NCBI RefSeq assembly: GCF_001194135.2
Contig: NC_068985.1
Span: forward strand, 27,884,072 to 27,923,451
DNA from: Octopus bimaculoides
Lineage: Eukaryota
Length of the DNA stretch: 39,380 bases
Direction of reading: 5' to 3'
Below, piece by piece: positions 23,764-35,490 of the stretch. The translations under genes and the position numbers were made by a program. How positions within the stretch are numbered: the first letter of the stretch is position 1; each line of letters opens with the position of its first letter. The notes under the pieces were generated by a model. It was not told where the DNA came from. It did not search any database and worked only from the letters and a program-made list of their open reading frames with translations.

Positions 23764-24582
23764 CTGTTCGAAAATAAATTTGTCCTTACAGTATAGCTTT
23801 CCCCTCGGTCAAAGTATCTACGTATGATTTTAAGTAGAAATTTAAGGGCTACAGGTTCGGCTTAAATGGCAACGCAAAGAATTTCAATACTGAATAGTGA
23901 TTAGTTCTTTGTCTCACATATATTTTTTAAAAATCTGCATCTATATATAAAGAAAAAAAAAACTTTCTTCTCTCATATACACAGGTACGAATAAAAAGAG
24001 TTTATTTATGAGACTAATTTTTCAATTCAGTTTCATTAGTAAGTCTTAAATTAAAAATCACCAGTTTATATTAAGCAAGATGTTTGCATAGAAAAAAAGA
24101 ATAAGAATAAAAATTACTTTTTTGTGTAGCTGAAATTTTCCCGCAGTGATTGAAATGTAGATTAAGATATCTAAATAAAAGAATTTATTTCATAAACTAC
24201 ATTAATGAACTTCTACAGAATTACATCTAAATACCCGTTTGCTTCGGACAGCACAACCATACATACAAACTGATTAAAAATAAAGGGAAATAGAGGCAAA
24301 TTAGATGCGAGTGAGTCATAACTCTGTGACGTTTAGTTACTTCCCTTTATATTTTGAGTTCAAATTTCGCAGGTGCCAGCTTTGTCTGTTATCATTCTGA
24401 AACCAGGTAAAATATCCACCGGTGGGCGGGCTCAAGTCGATTTCTTCTATCATTTATTATCATAAACGTTAGATATCACTTATAATCTACACCAGTTTTT
24501 AGTCTACAATTTTTTCATTTTATAGAAAATGCTTTCATGAATTTTCAAATTAGTAGAACCTATTTATATATATTTTACTTGT

Positions 24583-24775
24583 TTTAGTCATTAGACTGCG
24601 GCCATGCTGAGGCACCGCCTTGAAAGGTTTTAGTCAAAGGAATCGCTCCCTGTCCTTACATGTTTTAAAGCCTAGAATTAATTATCGTATCTTCTTTTGC
24701 CGAACCGCTACGATAAAGGGACATAAACAAACCAACACTGGTTGTCAAACGTTTGCGGCGGATAACCCCCCCCCC
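24583..24775 (-). mobile_element. SINE body/3' part (family S2) adjoining a microsatellite
   Basis: Aligns with 38988-39185 (TTTACTTGTTT-AGTC-GCGGCCATGCTG-TTTTGCCGAACCGCTA-GGGAC). Confidence 0.8.
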
Positions 24776-24894
24776 ACCACCACCACACACACACGTACAT
24801 ACGTATATACATGTGTAAATCATAAATCCGAAAGAGAAGCACTCTAACTTATAGATCAGTAGAGTAATTAGATACAGATAGATATGGCCGGTCT

Positions 24895-24959
24895 ATGTGG
24901 TTACCCTGGGTTTCACGTCCATAAAAGGCTTAGCTTTATAGAATCTCATCAGATCCTAA
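24895..24959 (-). ncRNA. Hammerhead-like motif with degenerate stem I
   Basis: Minus strand: CTGATGA (24952-24946), about 8-bp stem II TCTATAAAG/CTTTTATGGA, GAAA (24914-24911), stem III ACCC-A-GGGT, GUA triplet. Confidence 0.5.
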
Positions 24960-25087
24960 TGGTTGGTGGCTTGAGGGCACACTAATGTATATATATAGTC
25001 AATCCAAACATGAACAAGCAAGAAAAAGCAACAACACGAGGACGTGGTACAAGTACTGTGTTATTGGACGCTCAGGAAAAGAAAGAG

Positions 25088-25128
25088 GACTTCACGTTTC
25101 GAGAGCGGAGCTCTTCATCAGAAATATA
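25088..25128 (-). ncRNA. Minimal hammerhead-like motif (same family as 28212-28247)
   Basis: Minus strand: TTT CTGATGA A GAGC TCC GCTC TC GAAA CGT G AAG; palindromic ACGT stem III; position 17 is G, which is normally not cleaved. Confidence 0.55.
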
Positions 25129-25344
25129 GAAAAAGTCCAAAGAAGGGAAGACAGAAAGAAAATCGCACACGCGGTTACATATTGAATATATATATATATA
25201 TANNNNNNNNNNNNNNNNNNNNNNNNNNNNNNNNNNNNNNNNNNNNNNNNNNNNNNNNNNNNNNNNNNNNNNNNNNNNNNNNNNNNNNNNNNNNNNNNNN
25301 NNNNNNNNNNNNNNNNNNNNNNNNNNNNNNNNNNNNNNNTATAT

Positions 25345-25495
25345 AGGCTTTCATTTTCTTTCTGTCAAATCCACTCACGAAGCTTTGGTTGACCGGGAAC
25401 ATTAGTGGAAGACACTTGCCCAAGTCCACGCGGTGTCACTCAACTCAGTGTAGAGTGGTTGCAAAGCTAAATTCTTGCCAATCGCCTGCATCTAT
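25345..25495 (-). mobile_element. tRNA-like SINE head (probably the 5' part of S2), degenerate
   Basis: AAATCCACTCAC-GCTTTGGT-GAAGACACTTGCCCAAG; a related copy lies at 29300-29450. Confidence 0.65.
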
Positions 25496-26995
25496 CCTGA
25501 GAAGACGTACTTGAAACGCATGGCCGCAATCAAATAACTCAAACAAGTAAAAGAATAAAAAGAATATACATACATACATACATACATACATACATACATA
25601 CATACATACATACATGTTTGGGACAGAGGGGCAATGGTATGTACTGTCATAGAGATCAGCTGCTCTGCAGATATAAATATCTCTTTGCAAATCAAAGAAA
25701 AAGAAGATATATATGGACAATTACTTCGAAACCTCTAGATTCGATATCTTGACTATAAATTCATATTCATACCAATAATAATTGGAGCACTAGGTTTTGT
25801 TACTAAATGCTTAAATGAAAATCTGGATAAACTGGGATTTTCAGAAAGAGAAATCGACCGGCTAATGCGTACATTACAAGTGCAATCTCTGAGTGGAACA
25901 GTAAAAATATGCAAGACTTTTCTCAAGTTCCAAATGTGAATTTGTCTGTGTTAACTACATCCCAAAGATGGAACCTTGTATCTTTGTTGGAAACCGGCTC
26001 CCTCCTCAGTGGAAGATTTATAATAATTAAAAAAATAGAAGAGACATTCATAATACATACATACATACATACATAAATACATACGTACATATGCACATAC
26101 TTGTATATGTGAGCATGTGCGTGAGTGTGCGCGTGTGAAGCTGTAAATATGTGACCTAAATGATGAGAGTTGACCAAAGTATTCACGCAAATATACCATT
26201 ATTATTCACATTCAAAATTGGTTCAAGATAACTTTAAAACTGCCGTATCCAATATATTCATAATTTCAAGGACCCTAGGTGAAATTTGAGTATGTATATG
26301 GTTGATATTTCTAGTAAGCACATATCCCTAATCGGTATGAATATTCTTCGCAATGAAATGATTGATGTTATGAAATTAAACCGAGAAAATGTTTAGTAAG
26401 GTACAGCCCCGTATTTGAGAAATAAAAATTAAGAACGATAATACACATCCATGCGAGTTTAAACATGAACACTTCATTTATCTGAAGGGATGTCTTGCCT
26501 GGGGTGTATTTATTAGGATTGTTTTGAAACATTTCACTTGCAACATAGCAATGGCATCTAGATTGTTTTTAGAAAACCTTGTCTTAAGCTTGTTAGATAA
26601 TGAGTCACTCTTTAATCTGTCTTGTAAACTAAATTATAAGGATTTATCTCTACTATTTGACAGGCGTAATCCATAAATAAATAAAGTCACATTGTGTTAT
26701 TCAATCCCTTGGATTTTCACATTTGATTAAATTCTTTACCAAACGAAAAGGTTTTCGAATCTTACCTTCTACAATCCTATGGAGATTTTTTTTCTTTAAT
26801 CAAGCAATACTAATAATTCTTTTGACCGGTTTAATTTTCATTTTAATCCTAATGGGGAATAAACTTAAGTACCAGTGATCTAGCGTGGGAAATTCATTGG
26901 ACTGTGACTCTTGTGAACAGTTACCTGACTGTTTTCATTAGAAATTAATGCTTTGCATACAATAATAGCTAAACTAATTTCATTTAAAATTTTTG

Positions 26996-27194
26996 CAGAA
27001 GGCCAGCAAGTTCAGGGAAGGGGATAAGCCGATTACATCGACCCCAAGGCTCAACTGGTACTTATATTATCACCTCCGAAAGGTTGAAAGGTGAAATCGA
27101 CCTCGGCGAAATTTGAAATCAGAACGTCAAGACGGACGAAATGCCGCCAAGGATTTCTCTCGGTGTGCTAACGATTCTGCCAGCTCACCGCCTT
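26996..27194 (-). mobile_element. Near full-length S1 SINE
   Basis: Minus-strand head AAGGCGGTGAGCTGGCAGAATCGTTAGCAC, B-box-like GATTTCAAATTTCG, central domain as in other S1 copies. Confidence 0.9.
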
Positions 27195-28211
27195 ACATGG
27201 CTGAACTAATCTAACACATCTATAGCTACACTACAAGACTCAAATATAGATACGTGGTCCCTAACCGTACTGGAAACAGCAAGAAAATCTCGCTCGAATC
27301 GCAGCTTCCTGTTTCGAGAGCTGATACATTAGATAATGTAGTCTCACACAACCTGAAAACGAAAGGAACGGGGGTCAGGGTTTTATTACGTTTAATCACA
27401 GCACAGATCTAGTTGCCATTGGGGTTACAGGACAACAACAACAGAAACATCCACTTTGTAAGCCAATGCTGCAGGCTACACGTTGCCATTGGATTTGCTA
27501 AATGTAACACCCAGACCTTCCGTAAATCATAATGTAGTCAAATAAGAATACAAGTTGGACAACGTTGCCTGTAATTCACTGTTCAGGAAGAAAAGACAGT
27601 AGGACTTGATTAGATGTAGCTTTGGTTACCGGTTTATCTGCTGTTTCAAACTCATTAAAAATATATACGTTTGTTCTGTCAAAAAAGGGTTCTAGATTAC
27701 CTTATTGTAATTATATTTACAATTGTACTAGTAATTGTATTACTATGATACCTTTGAAAGGTAACAGATTGGCAAAATCGATAGAGTTGTGGTCAAAATG
27801 CTCAGCGGTATCATGTTACGTCCCTGTACCTTGTATGTTCAGTGAATGCCGATGGCTCTTTGTACCATTAATTTGGTAAAATATGTACCAGTTTAGTACT
27901 AAGGGCAATATGGTTCAATATACCACCGTTAAAAGATGTGTGGTTTGTGCCAACGTCTGCAGATCTTATAACAAAATCCTGTTTTCCAAACATATATATT
28001 AATCTTAACCTTACTTCATATCTAAAGAGCTTCGTATTTGAAGCAAAAACTATTTTAAAATGTGTAATTAAAGTATATTTTAAAATATGACATGTTAGAA
28101 TAACGTCACTTTCAGGAGAAACTAACTGATACATACATACATACATATGTGATTGGCCGCTAGCCACTAAAGCTGTTTTTTTATTCTCTATCTGTTTATT
28201 TTATCGTGTTC

Positions 28212-28247
28212 CTTTCTGTTGAAGAGCTTAGGCTCGAAACGTAAAAG
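28212..28247 (+). ncRNA. Minimal hammerhead-like motif (A6U variant)
   Basis: CTTT CTGTTGA A GAGC TTAG GCTC GAAA CGT A AAAG: 4-bp stem I, 4-bp stem II, palindromic ACGT stem III, GUA triplet; lies in a unit of about 150 nt between (CATA) repeats. Confidence 0.6.
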
Positions 28248-28636
28248 ACTTTCTCACCTTCCCGAGCATTAAACTGATACACCTGTCTTCGTCATTTGTT
28301 TTATTTTGTAAATTCCAACTACATGCATACATACCTAATACACAAACATGCACACAAACACATGTGTATTATGTATGTATGTGAGGGTGTGCAAGGGGTG
28401 TGGTAAGAAATATATATTCACCATTCTTGATATACACCGAAACTTTTTATGCATGTATGTATGTATGTATACATGTATATGTGCAGATTTGTATGCTTGG
28501 TTTTATGTATGCATTCTCACGCATATAGTTGCATATCTAGACATGCTCATATATATTTAAATGATAAACTTCTGGAAAATTTTACAGATTTTTACATGTA
28601 TGCATGTATATATGTATCTAAATGCTTTTATTTAAA

Positions 28637-28701
28637 GGCCAGTAGCTTAGTGGTTAGGATATTGGGCTTACAATCATAAGGTCGTGAGTTCAATTCCCGG
28701 T
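28637..28701 (+). mobile_element. Isolated tRNA-derived SINE head
   Basis: A box TAGCTTAGTGG, B box GAGTTCAATTCC; acceptor stem incomplete. Confidence 0.65.
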
Positions 28702-28936
28702 AGTAATGTACTATTAAATCAAGTTGTTAATGCAAATATCTAAACTGCTGAATACTTCTTGGATATTCCTTTTATAGCTCTCTCTCTCTCTCTCTCTCTC
28801 TCTTCCTCTCTCTCTCTCTCTCTTTATTTCTCTCTCTATCTCTCTCTCTTTCTCTCTCTCTCTCTCTTTTTCTCTCTCTCTCTCTGTATATATATATATA
28901 TATCTGTCTGGCTCCCTCCCCCACTGTCTGTCTGTT

Positions 28937-28996
<60 letters not shown>

Positions 28997-29299
28997 CAAT
29001 TATCTACATATATATGTGTGGATGCGTCTTCGTGTCCTGTGTAAGTTCGTGTGTTTATACTATGTTAAATAATGTTAAAAATAACCACTGAATAATTATT
29101 TATGTGTGGGGACTCAAAACTTGGAATAGATTCAAATTCATTATAAAATTCTTAATGATTGGGGTTCAAGTTTTGCCTGACGGTTTATTCCACCAGTCTG
29201 GCTGACCAACCGATAAGTTAAGAAGTATACAAACCGAGACCGGTTGTCATTTGTTGCAGTTATAAAGGCAAGAACACTCAAATATATTCAACAAACTTT

Positions 29300-29450
29300 C
29301 AAACAGTTTCCGCTTGCCAAATTTTCTCACAAAGAATTGGAGATTCTACTGTTATGATAGAAAACAACAAATCAAAGTGTTGCTCAGTGAAGTTGAACAC
29401 GAAACCATGTGGTTGCAAAGCAGATTTCTTAACACATAATCACGCATCAA
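29300..29450 (-). mobile_element. Degenerate S2-type SINE head
   Basis: CAGTTTCCG-CCAAAT-CTCACAAAG and GAAACCATGTGGTTGCAAAGC; related to 25345-25495. Confidence 0.55.
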
Positions 29451-30149
29451 ACTGTCATGTAAACTGATATCTTATATGCAAAATCGTATATCTATTCGTT
29501 TACTTAAATCTTTTTTCCATCTATTTGATAAAGAGTATCGCTAAAATGTTAGATTTCTTCCTTTGGCATATTTAGCTCCACTGTACACTTCTTGGATTGT
29601 TGCTTTTCTTTATATTTCTACGCTTTTTCATTCGTGTGTTTTCACTTGTCTGACTCCATACGTTATTTGTTTGTTTGACCGTCTCCTGTTTAACTCATAA
29701 CCTTGTGTTATTTGTTTGATTTTTATCATAAAGTGTGCATATGTGTTTGTGTATATGTCTGTATGCCTACAACGTGTATTATCTTGCTTTTGAATGAAGC
29801 TTTGGGATAAAACCTAAGATCTCAGCAATTGAGTGCGATTATCTGATTAGAGCTTCAGATTCGACGAAGATAAATATATCTGTTTATCGTGGAAGATAAA
29901 CATTTCACATATGTGTAAGATTGTTTGACTGCCGGGAATAGTTAACATTATGTCTCTGAAAACATCAAAACTGTAGATTACCGACTGAAAAGACAACCAA
30001 GTATATGGGCCAACATCCATTCTAACTCATTATTATTACTAATCTGCAATTCACTGATTAACCTTTTGTTTTTTCCAAGTTATATTACGGTTGTTTGTAA
30101 ATGAACTAACAAAAAGTAAATCAAGGCTCGACAAATATTCACTCGACTG

Positions 30150-30290
30150 GTCAACTTGCCTGCTTTCTCCTTGGTCTTCCCCACTCTCTGTTCCCAATTA
30201 GATGCTTCATTAATACTTATGATGCTCACAATTGTAACTCCCTTGGACTGTTCCTGCCACTATTTTCCAAATGTGACTCCACCTAGATTG
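30150..30290 (-). mobile_element. Degenerate RTE-like LINE C-terminal fragment
   Basis: RWSHIWK and GNREWGRPRRK remnants resemble the RW-GH and G-R--GRPR motifs of the RTE ORF end. Confidence 0.4.
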
Positions 30291-30362
30291 GAATCAAGAC
30301 AAGATTTGAAACATCTTAAATAGTATATATTCTTTAAGCTGGTAGATTTTTGAATGCAATAG

Positions 30363-30443
30363 ATGGATTTACGATCTATGTATACCAGCATACCACCGGA
30401 CGAAGGCATACCAACTATCGGAGAACTACTACAGAGGAATTAG
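30363..30443 (+). pseudogene. Penelope-like reverse transcriptase fragment
   Basis: MDLRSMYTSIPPDEGI resembles the PLE RT motif (M/L)DV-SLYTNIP--EGI; no flanking ORF. Confidence 0.6.
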
Positions 30444-30684
30444 AAGGTAACAGCATACTTTGCACCAACAAACCTCAGATCCATCGCAGCTTCTACAGTT
30501 AATGCTTGTTACAGGAAAATATATAGACAAAAAATATCTATATAGATAAATTTTCTGTATGAATTACAATGAAGTATATTCCTGGCGTGAATTCAAATAT
30601 ATATTCTATATTTTATTTAGAACTTGTATTTGTGAATACATGAACTATATATTAAATTGTGAAGTTGCATGAAGAAGACAATTT

Positions 30685-30830
30685 GCGTAGCAAATTGGCA
30701 GAGTGATTAGAATGGGGGACAAAATGATATGCGCTGTTTGATTCGGCTCTCAGCAATTTCAGTTCAAATTCCACTGAAATAAAATTTGTTTGCCTTTCTT
30801 TCAAGTTGATGAAACACGACCACAATCCAG
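30685..30830 (+). mobile_element. Degenerate S1 SINE
   Basis: TTGGCAGAGTGATTAG and AGTTCAAATTCC-TTTGCCTTTC. Confidence 0.55.
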
Positions 30831-31205
30831 TGGTTTGAAAAAATCGTAAGAGAGTCAATCGAAATGTTTTACGGTATTTGTTTCGCTTTTTTACGTAGTT
30901 TTCTTGGGTTGTTAATTTAATCTGTGATCGCACTACCTTATGTGTCTCTAGTTAAGTTCACTCTGACACAAATTCAAACCAGATCTCCGGTTCGGGGATA
31001 CCTTTTCCCTCACCCTACAACTGGTTGCAGAGCCACTGAAAAACAAAAGAACACTTTCCTCTGACTGACTACAAACAAAAAAACCTTTTTTGTTTTCGTG
31101 AAATATATTATCATAGATTAGATTGCTGAGTCCTCTCAATTGCAGTTATCTTCATCATATTTTAGCATTAAACCTCTCTTTTTACTCCATGAGATCTAAC
31201 TGCAG

Positions 31206-31239
31206 ATAAAGAAAAATGCGAGGGAAAAACTAAGCACTG
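31206..31239 (+). CDS. Candidate exon (IKKNAREKLST)
   Basis: CTAACTGCAG acceptor, strong CTG|GTAAGT donor, 34 nt, phase 0 to 1. Confidence 0.4.
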
Positions 31240-31866
31240 GTAAGTGACACAAACGAATCGAAAGATCATATCTTTGACAAAGTAAACAGTAAAATGTTTG
31301 GCTGTTTGAAGAATTACTAAATAATAAATTTCATATTTTATTCTTTATTTTGGTTTGATTATTTCATTATAATGTAAACATCTTCGTGTACATAGATTCA
31401 TTGCATATTTTTTCTATGTTAGAAAGACGTTCTGTTACTAATTATTTACAGTAAAAATCACTCCCACAACACATGCAAATATATAGACATACTGGAACTT
31501 AGATACGAAATCAATGGAAAGAGTAAGATCAGCGCTATTGAATTCAAAAAGTGTTAGTTTTCCATTAATGATGTATACAGGTTGCTAATGAAATACGTTT
31601 GTTGATATTTAAAATATACGTTAAATAAAACAAAACAAAACAAAATAAAACATGCAAATAATTACTTAGATATAGGCATTAATAGATAGCGAATGGCACA
31701 CTAGCACACACACACACACGCATACACATACACACACACATATACATATATATGCCTCTCTATGTATATTTGTATACATGAACGAATATGAATGTGTGCG
31801 CGCGCATATGTTATTGAAAGCAAGACTGTGTCACAGTTTAAGTTATCTTTATTAACATATTTTCAG

Positions 31867-31966
31867 AATTCTTTTATTTTGGGTTTAAAAACAATAAATT
31901 TCTGGGGGTTTGTCGACGTTTGAAGAATCCCATAGTTGATTTTCTTTTCTGGACGAAACAGCTTGG
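31867..31966 (+). CDS. Candidate exon (EFFYFGFKNNKFLGVCRRLKNPIVDFLFWTKQLG)
   Basis: CATATTTTCAG acceptor, TGG|GTAAAG donor, 100 nt, phase 1 to 2; the other two frames are closed. Confidence 0.45.
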
Positions 31967-32046
31967 GTAAAGGTCGCTACGACCTTTTAGTTACAATAGG
32001 GAGGATCCAAGTAACATGCTGTGTCTGATTCAAATTTTGTCTTCAG

Positions 32047-32107
32047 TTTTCGTACTGTTGCTCTCAACTTTCTTTCAAGAAAGAAATATTGTGTCTCTAA
32101 AGTGTGA
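32047..32107 (+). CDS. Candidate last coding exon (FRTVALNFLSRKKYCVSKV-stop)
   Basis: AAATTTTGTCTTCAG acceptor after an 80-nt intron, phase 2; followed by about 670 nt of TG-rich, repeat-free UTR-like sequence. Confidence 0.4.
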
Positions 32108-32770
32108 TTTTCAGAATGCTCTATCTTTGCTCTGAGTCGTTCTCTCTAAATAGCTTCTGTGTTTTCCTCTAATTGTCATATCGTTATCATACAGTTGTAT
32201 TAATAAGGATGTTTTAATATCTAGCTTTTGCTTTCTATTTCATAATAAAATAAAAGTCATTTGTTTCGTGCTGCATAATCATTTGTTAAAAATGGGTGGT
32301 AACTTATGTACTGAATAACATAAAATTATGATGCTGGCAAATATCATGTGTGTATATGAATTTATAAACCAATTTAGTTATCTGAAACTTAAAAGCTTGT
32401 GGTTTCACTTGAATCTTTTTCAAACATTTCCAGTTTTACAGTATATTATTCATGCTAATTTATGATTGTATCGAATTTTGTGTACTGTTTAACTGGAAAT
32501 TTTATAATGTATTAATTCTATAAATGGAATGTATTTTTGTTGATGCAAAATGCTTTATGTACGAATGGCTATTTTGTGTATATTGACTGTGTACATTGTA
32601 TATACTGTGTTGAATTTGATTCGCTATTGTATAGTTTGTGCTACTGAATTATTTGTATATCCCTTGTTCACTAGTGTTCCTTTAATCATATGAATTTATT
32701 TCTGTATTACTTCTTTTGTATGGATAAATCTAAAGACTTACAATGTTGTTAAACTGACAATAGACATCTA

Positions 32771-32776
32771 AATAAA
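32771..32776 (+). promoter_or_regulatory. Candidate polyadenylation signal AATAAA
   Basis: Ends a U/GU-rich UTR-like block; another AATAAA at 32244-32249. Confidence 0.35.
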
Positions 32777-32919
32777 GCTGTTTTAGTCCTCATATCTATT
32801 TCAAAATATATGGCATGTTTTAGTGTAGGCCAATGCTACAAACGTTCTTGTGTTAATCATGCAAAATATTTCTTGAGCCCTAGAACTCATAGGGCCGATT
32901 ATCCGGAGTGGCAAGTCTA

Positions 32920-33085
32920 TTATACCAGTCCTAGTTGGTGATCGGTACTGTACTCAATCGATACCGGCGGAATGAAAGACAAAGTCTACCTCGGCAAGAT
33001 TTCAAATCAAAACGAAAACAGTCGAAAGAAATACCTCTAAGCATTTCATTCAACATACTAACGATTCTGCCAGCTCACCACCTTT
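32920..33085 (-). mobile_element. Degenerate S1 SINE
   Basis: GAATGAAAGACAAAGTCTACCTCGGC and CTAACGATTCTGCCAGCTCACCACCTT. Confidence 0.8.
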
Positions 33086-33785
33086 TACTGTTACTTGAAT
33101 TTGACATTTAAATATATAAACGGGCTTGTTGAGTCAAGTTGCTTCCTAATTTATGTTATATATTAATGCGAAGAACAAATTTATTTTCCAAATCTATTTT
33201 AGTTTGAAAATGTTTCAATTTCGGTTATATATTTATATAAATTGTAAGGAAATTATATAATTTTATGATCTGTTGTCTTTCTTTATTATTTAAATAAGAA
33301 TTATAAGGTTTGACTAAAAGTTATTGAATGAAGAAGCTACTTATATGTGTTCATTGTTTAATTGTTTAAATGCTTATGCTTTATATAAATTCCTTTTACA
33401 TAACAGCAAGAAACTACAAACTAAACTATGTAGAAAAGTATAAGTACTATCTTACAAAGAATTCACACGCAGGAACATGTATACACGCATACACAGATGG
33501 TACACACAGACGCACACATTCAAAAGAAACACAAGGAAAAAGAAAACAAAAGAATAGGTTTTCGTTAGATATATTAATAACAAAGTACAGTGCAAATAAC
33601 GGAGTATAGCAGTAAACTAAGACTACACACCATGGCCAAATTTGTTTCCTTATAGTTGAATCAAACTTGACATCAACAGGGAAAAATGTAGAAGTCAGCC
33701 GATAAAGAATGAGAATCAGACACAACATCGTTCCCATGATTCTCGTCTGTAATAAAACAGCAATAACAGCCACCTCTAAAATCCT

Positions 33786-33830
33786 TTCAACCAGAAGATA
33801 AGACCAGGAAGGTCATGAAAACGTCGATAG
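33786..33830 (+). ncRNA. Weak hammerhead-like motif
   Basis: CAGAAGA, GACC-AGGAA-GGTC stem, GAAAACGTC; U4A change, an extra A and poor stem I. Confidence 0.3.
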
Positions 33831-34788
33831 TCCTCGTGTATTTATTGTTCCAAACATAAAGAACTAATAAGGAAATAGGAAATATTATTAATAACAAAAA
33901 AATGTGAAAATTGGAGCATAGACGTATAAATATTTAAATGACGAATTCCTTCTTATATCTGTATGATTGCATGAATACATATAAATGTATGTATACGTAC
34001 GCACACACACATGTAGATAGATATAAGTGAACATAACTGTATATATTAAAATATATATATACACATACATGCATAATACACACATACTCACACATATATA
34101 TTTATTACACATATATATATATGCATACAAATATATATGCATACACATATATATATATATATATGTATATACATATTTATATGTTAAATTGCTTTATAAT
34201 TATATCCTTTGTAAGTAAATCATATATTTGCTTGGCCTATTTTTTTAAAAGAGGAATCATACGTCTAGTTTAATAGTTGCTGACACGATAAACATCATAT
34301 ACTTTTATTATTTAATGATTTAACCCAACTATTTATTTTCCCTTTTCCCCAAAGAACGAAACATGGCGATTAAGGATGAATTTTGATCAATTTATTAGCA
34401 GCGAAAGAAATATCAAAATGATGTGAAGGCCAATATGTGAATTGTATACACATGTGGGTAGTTTGTAATTTTGTTTCTTGTAACTTTTATGAATAGAACA
34501 TTGCTTTCTACATTTATAAAGTACATTGGACAGATTCATGGTACAAATATATACATACATACATACATCACTATATATATATTTGTGTGTGTGTGTGTGT
34601 GTGTGAGTGTATGTGTGTGTGAGTGTGTGTGAGTGTGTGTGTGTGTGTGAGTGTGTGTGTGTGTATACATATACACATATACACATATATATATATATAC
34701 ACATACACACACACACAGTCATATACACACACATATATATGTATATATATATATATATGTATCGACACAGTCAAAGATGCATATATAA

Positions 34789-34893
<105 letters not shown>

Positions 34894-35379
34894 CGTGCGT
34901 GTGTGTGTGTGTGTGTATGTATGTAAAGCAGGAAACAGAACATAGTTTTATTCATCCAAATAGATACATGTACACATATATGTATTTCAATGAATATATA
35001 TGTGTACCTTTCCCTGATTTATTTGTAAAATTCATCACCAGTAGTGAAAGCGCTGGTTTCCATATGCTTTATTATTATCATTATATAAATGTTTCTTTTT
35101 CATTTATTGCAAATTTTCTTTCTTTTTGGAAAAGAACTGATTTCTTACTAATATTCAAATCTAAATGGATAGAATTTAGATAAAAAACAACGAGTACATT
35201 TACTTGATGAACGCTTGCCTAATTTTACTCTTCTGTTTACAAGTTGTATGTGCAATTGAGAGCATCACAGAAAACCTTACTAAAATATGTGGATATACCA
35301 GTAATTATAAATATTCATGTCAGTTTATAATCTGGGTAAATAAACTATAGTTTTCGTAGCAGTGATCTGTAAATGCTCT

Positions 35380-35490
35380 CCTTATTTCAAAAGTAATATT
35401 GTCGTTTACAGGACAGTTGACCTCTATAACTGCATATGCTTTCCCTTTTAGATCCTGAAGAAAACATATCAGACCAGTTATGTTTCTAGA
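35380..35490 (-). mobile_element. Highly degenerate RLE endonuclease fragment
   Basis: DLKGKAYAVIEVNCPVNDNI resembles the RLE motif D---K----IE--CP-D-N. Confidence 0.4.

Noticed and set aside
25615-28110. Several small minus-strand exon candidates upstream of 23763 (about 25.62-25.67 kb and 27.93-28.05 kb)
   Set aside because: Multiple incompatible phases are possible and none is better supported than chance.
33447-33773. Signal-peptide-like MGTMLCLILILYRL ORF
   Set aside because: No good donor in a useful phase, hydrophobicity is expected from T-rich DNA, and it abuts a repeat-like unit.
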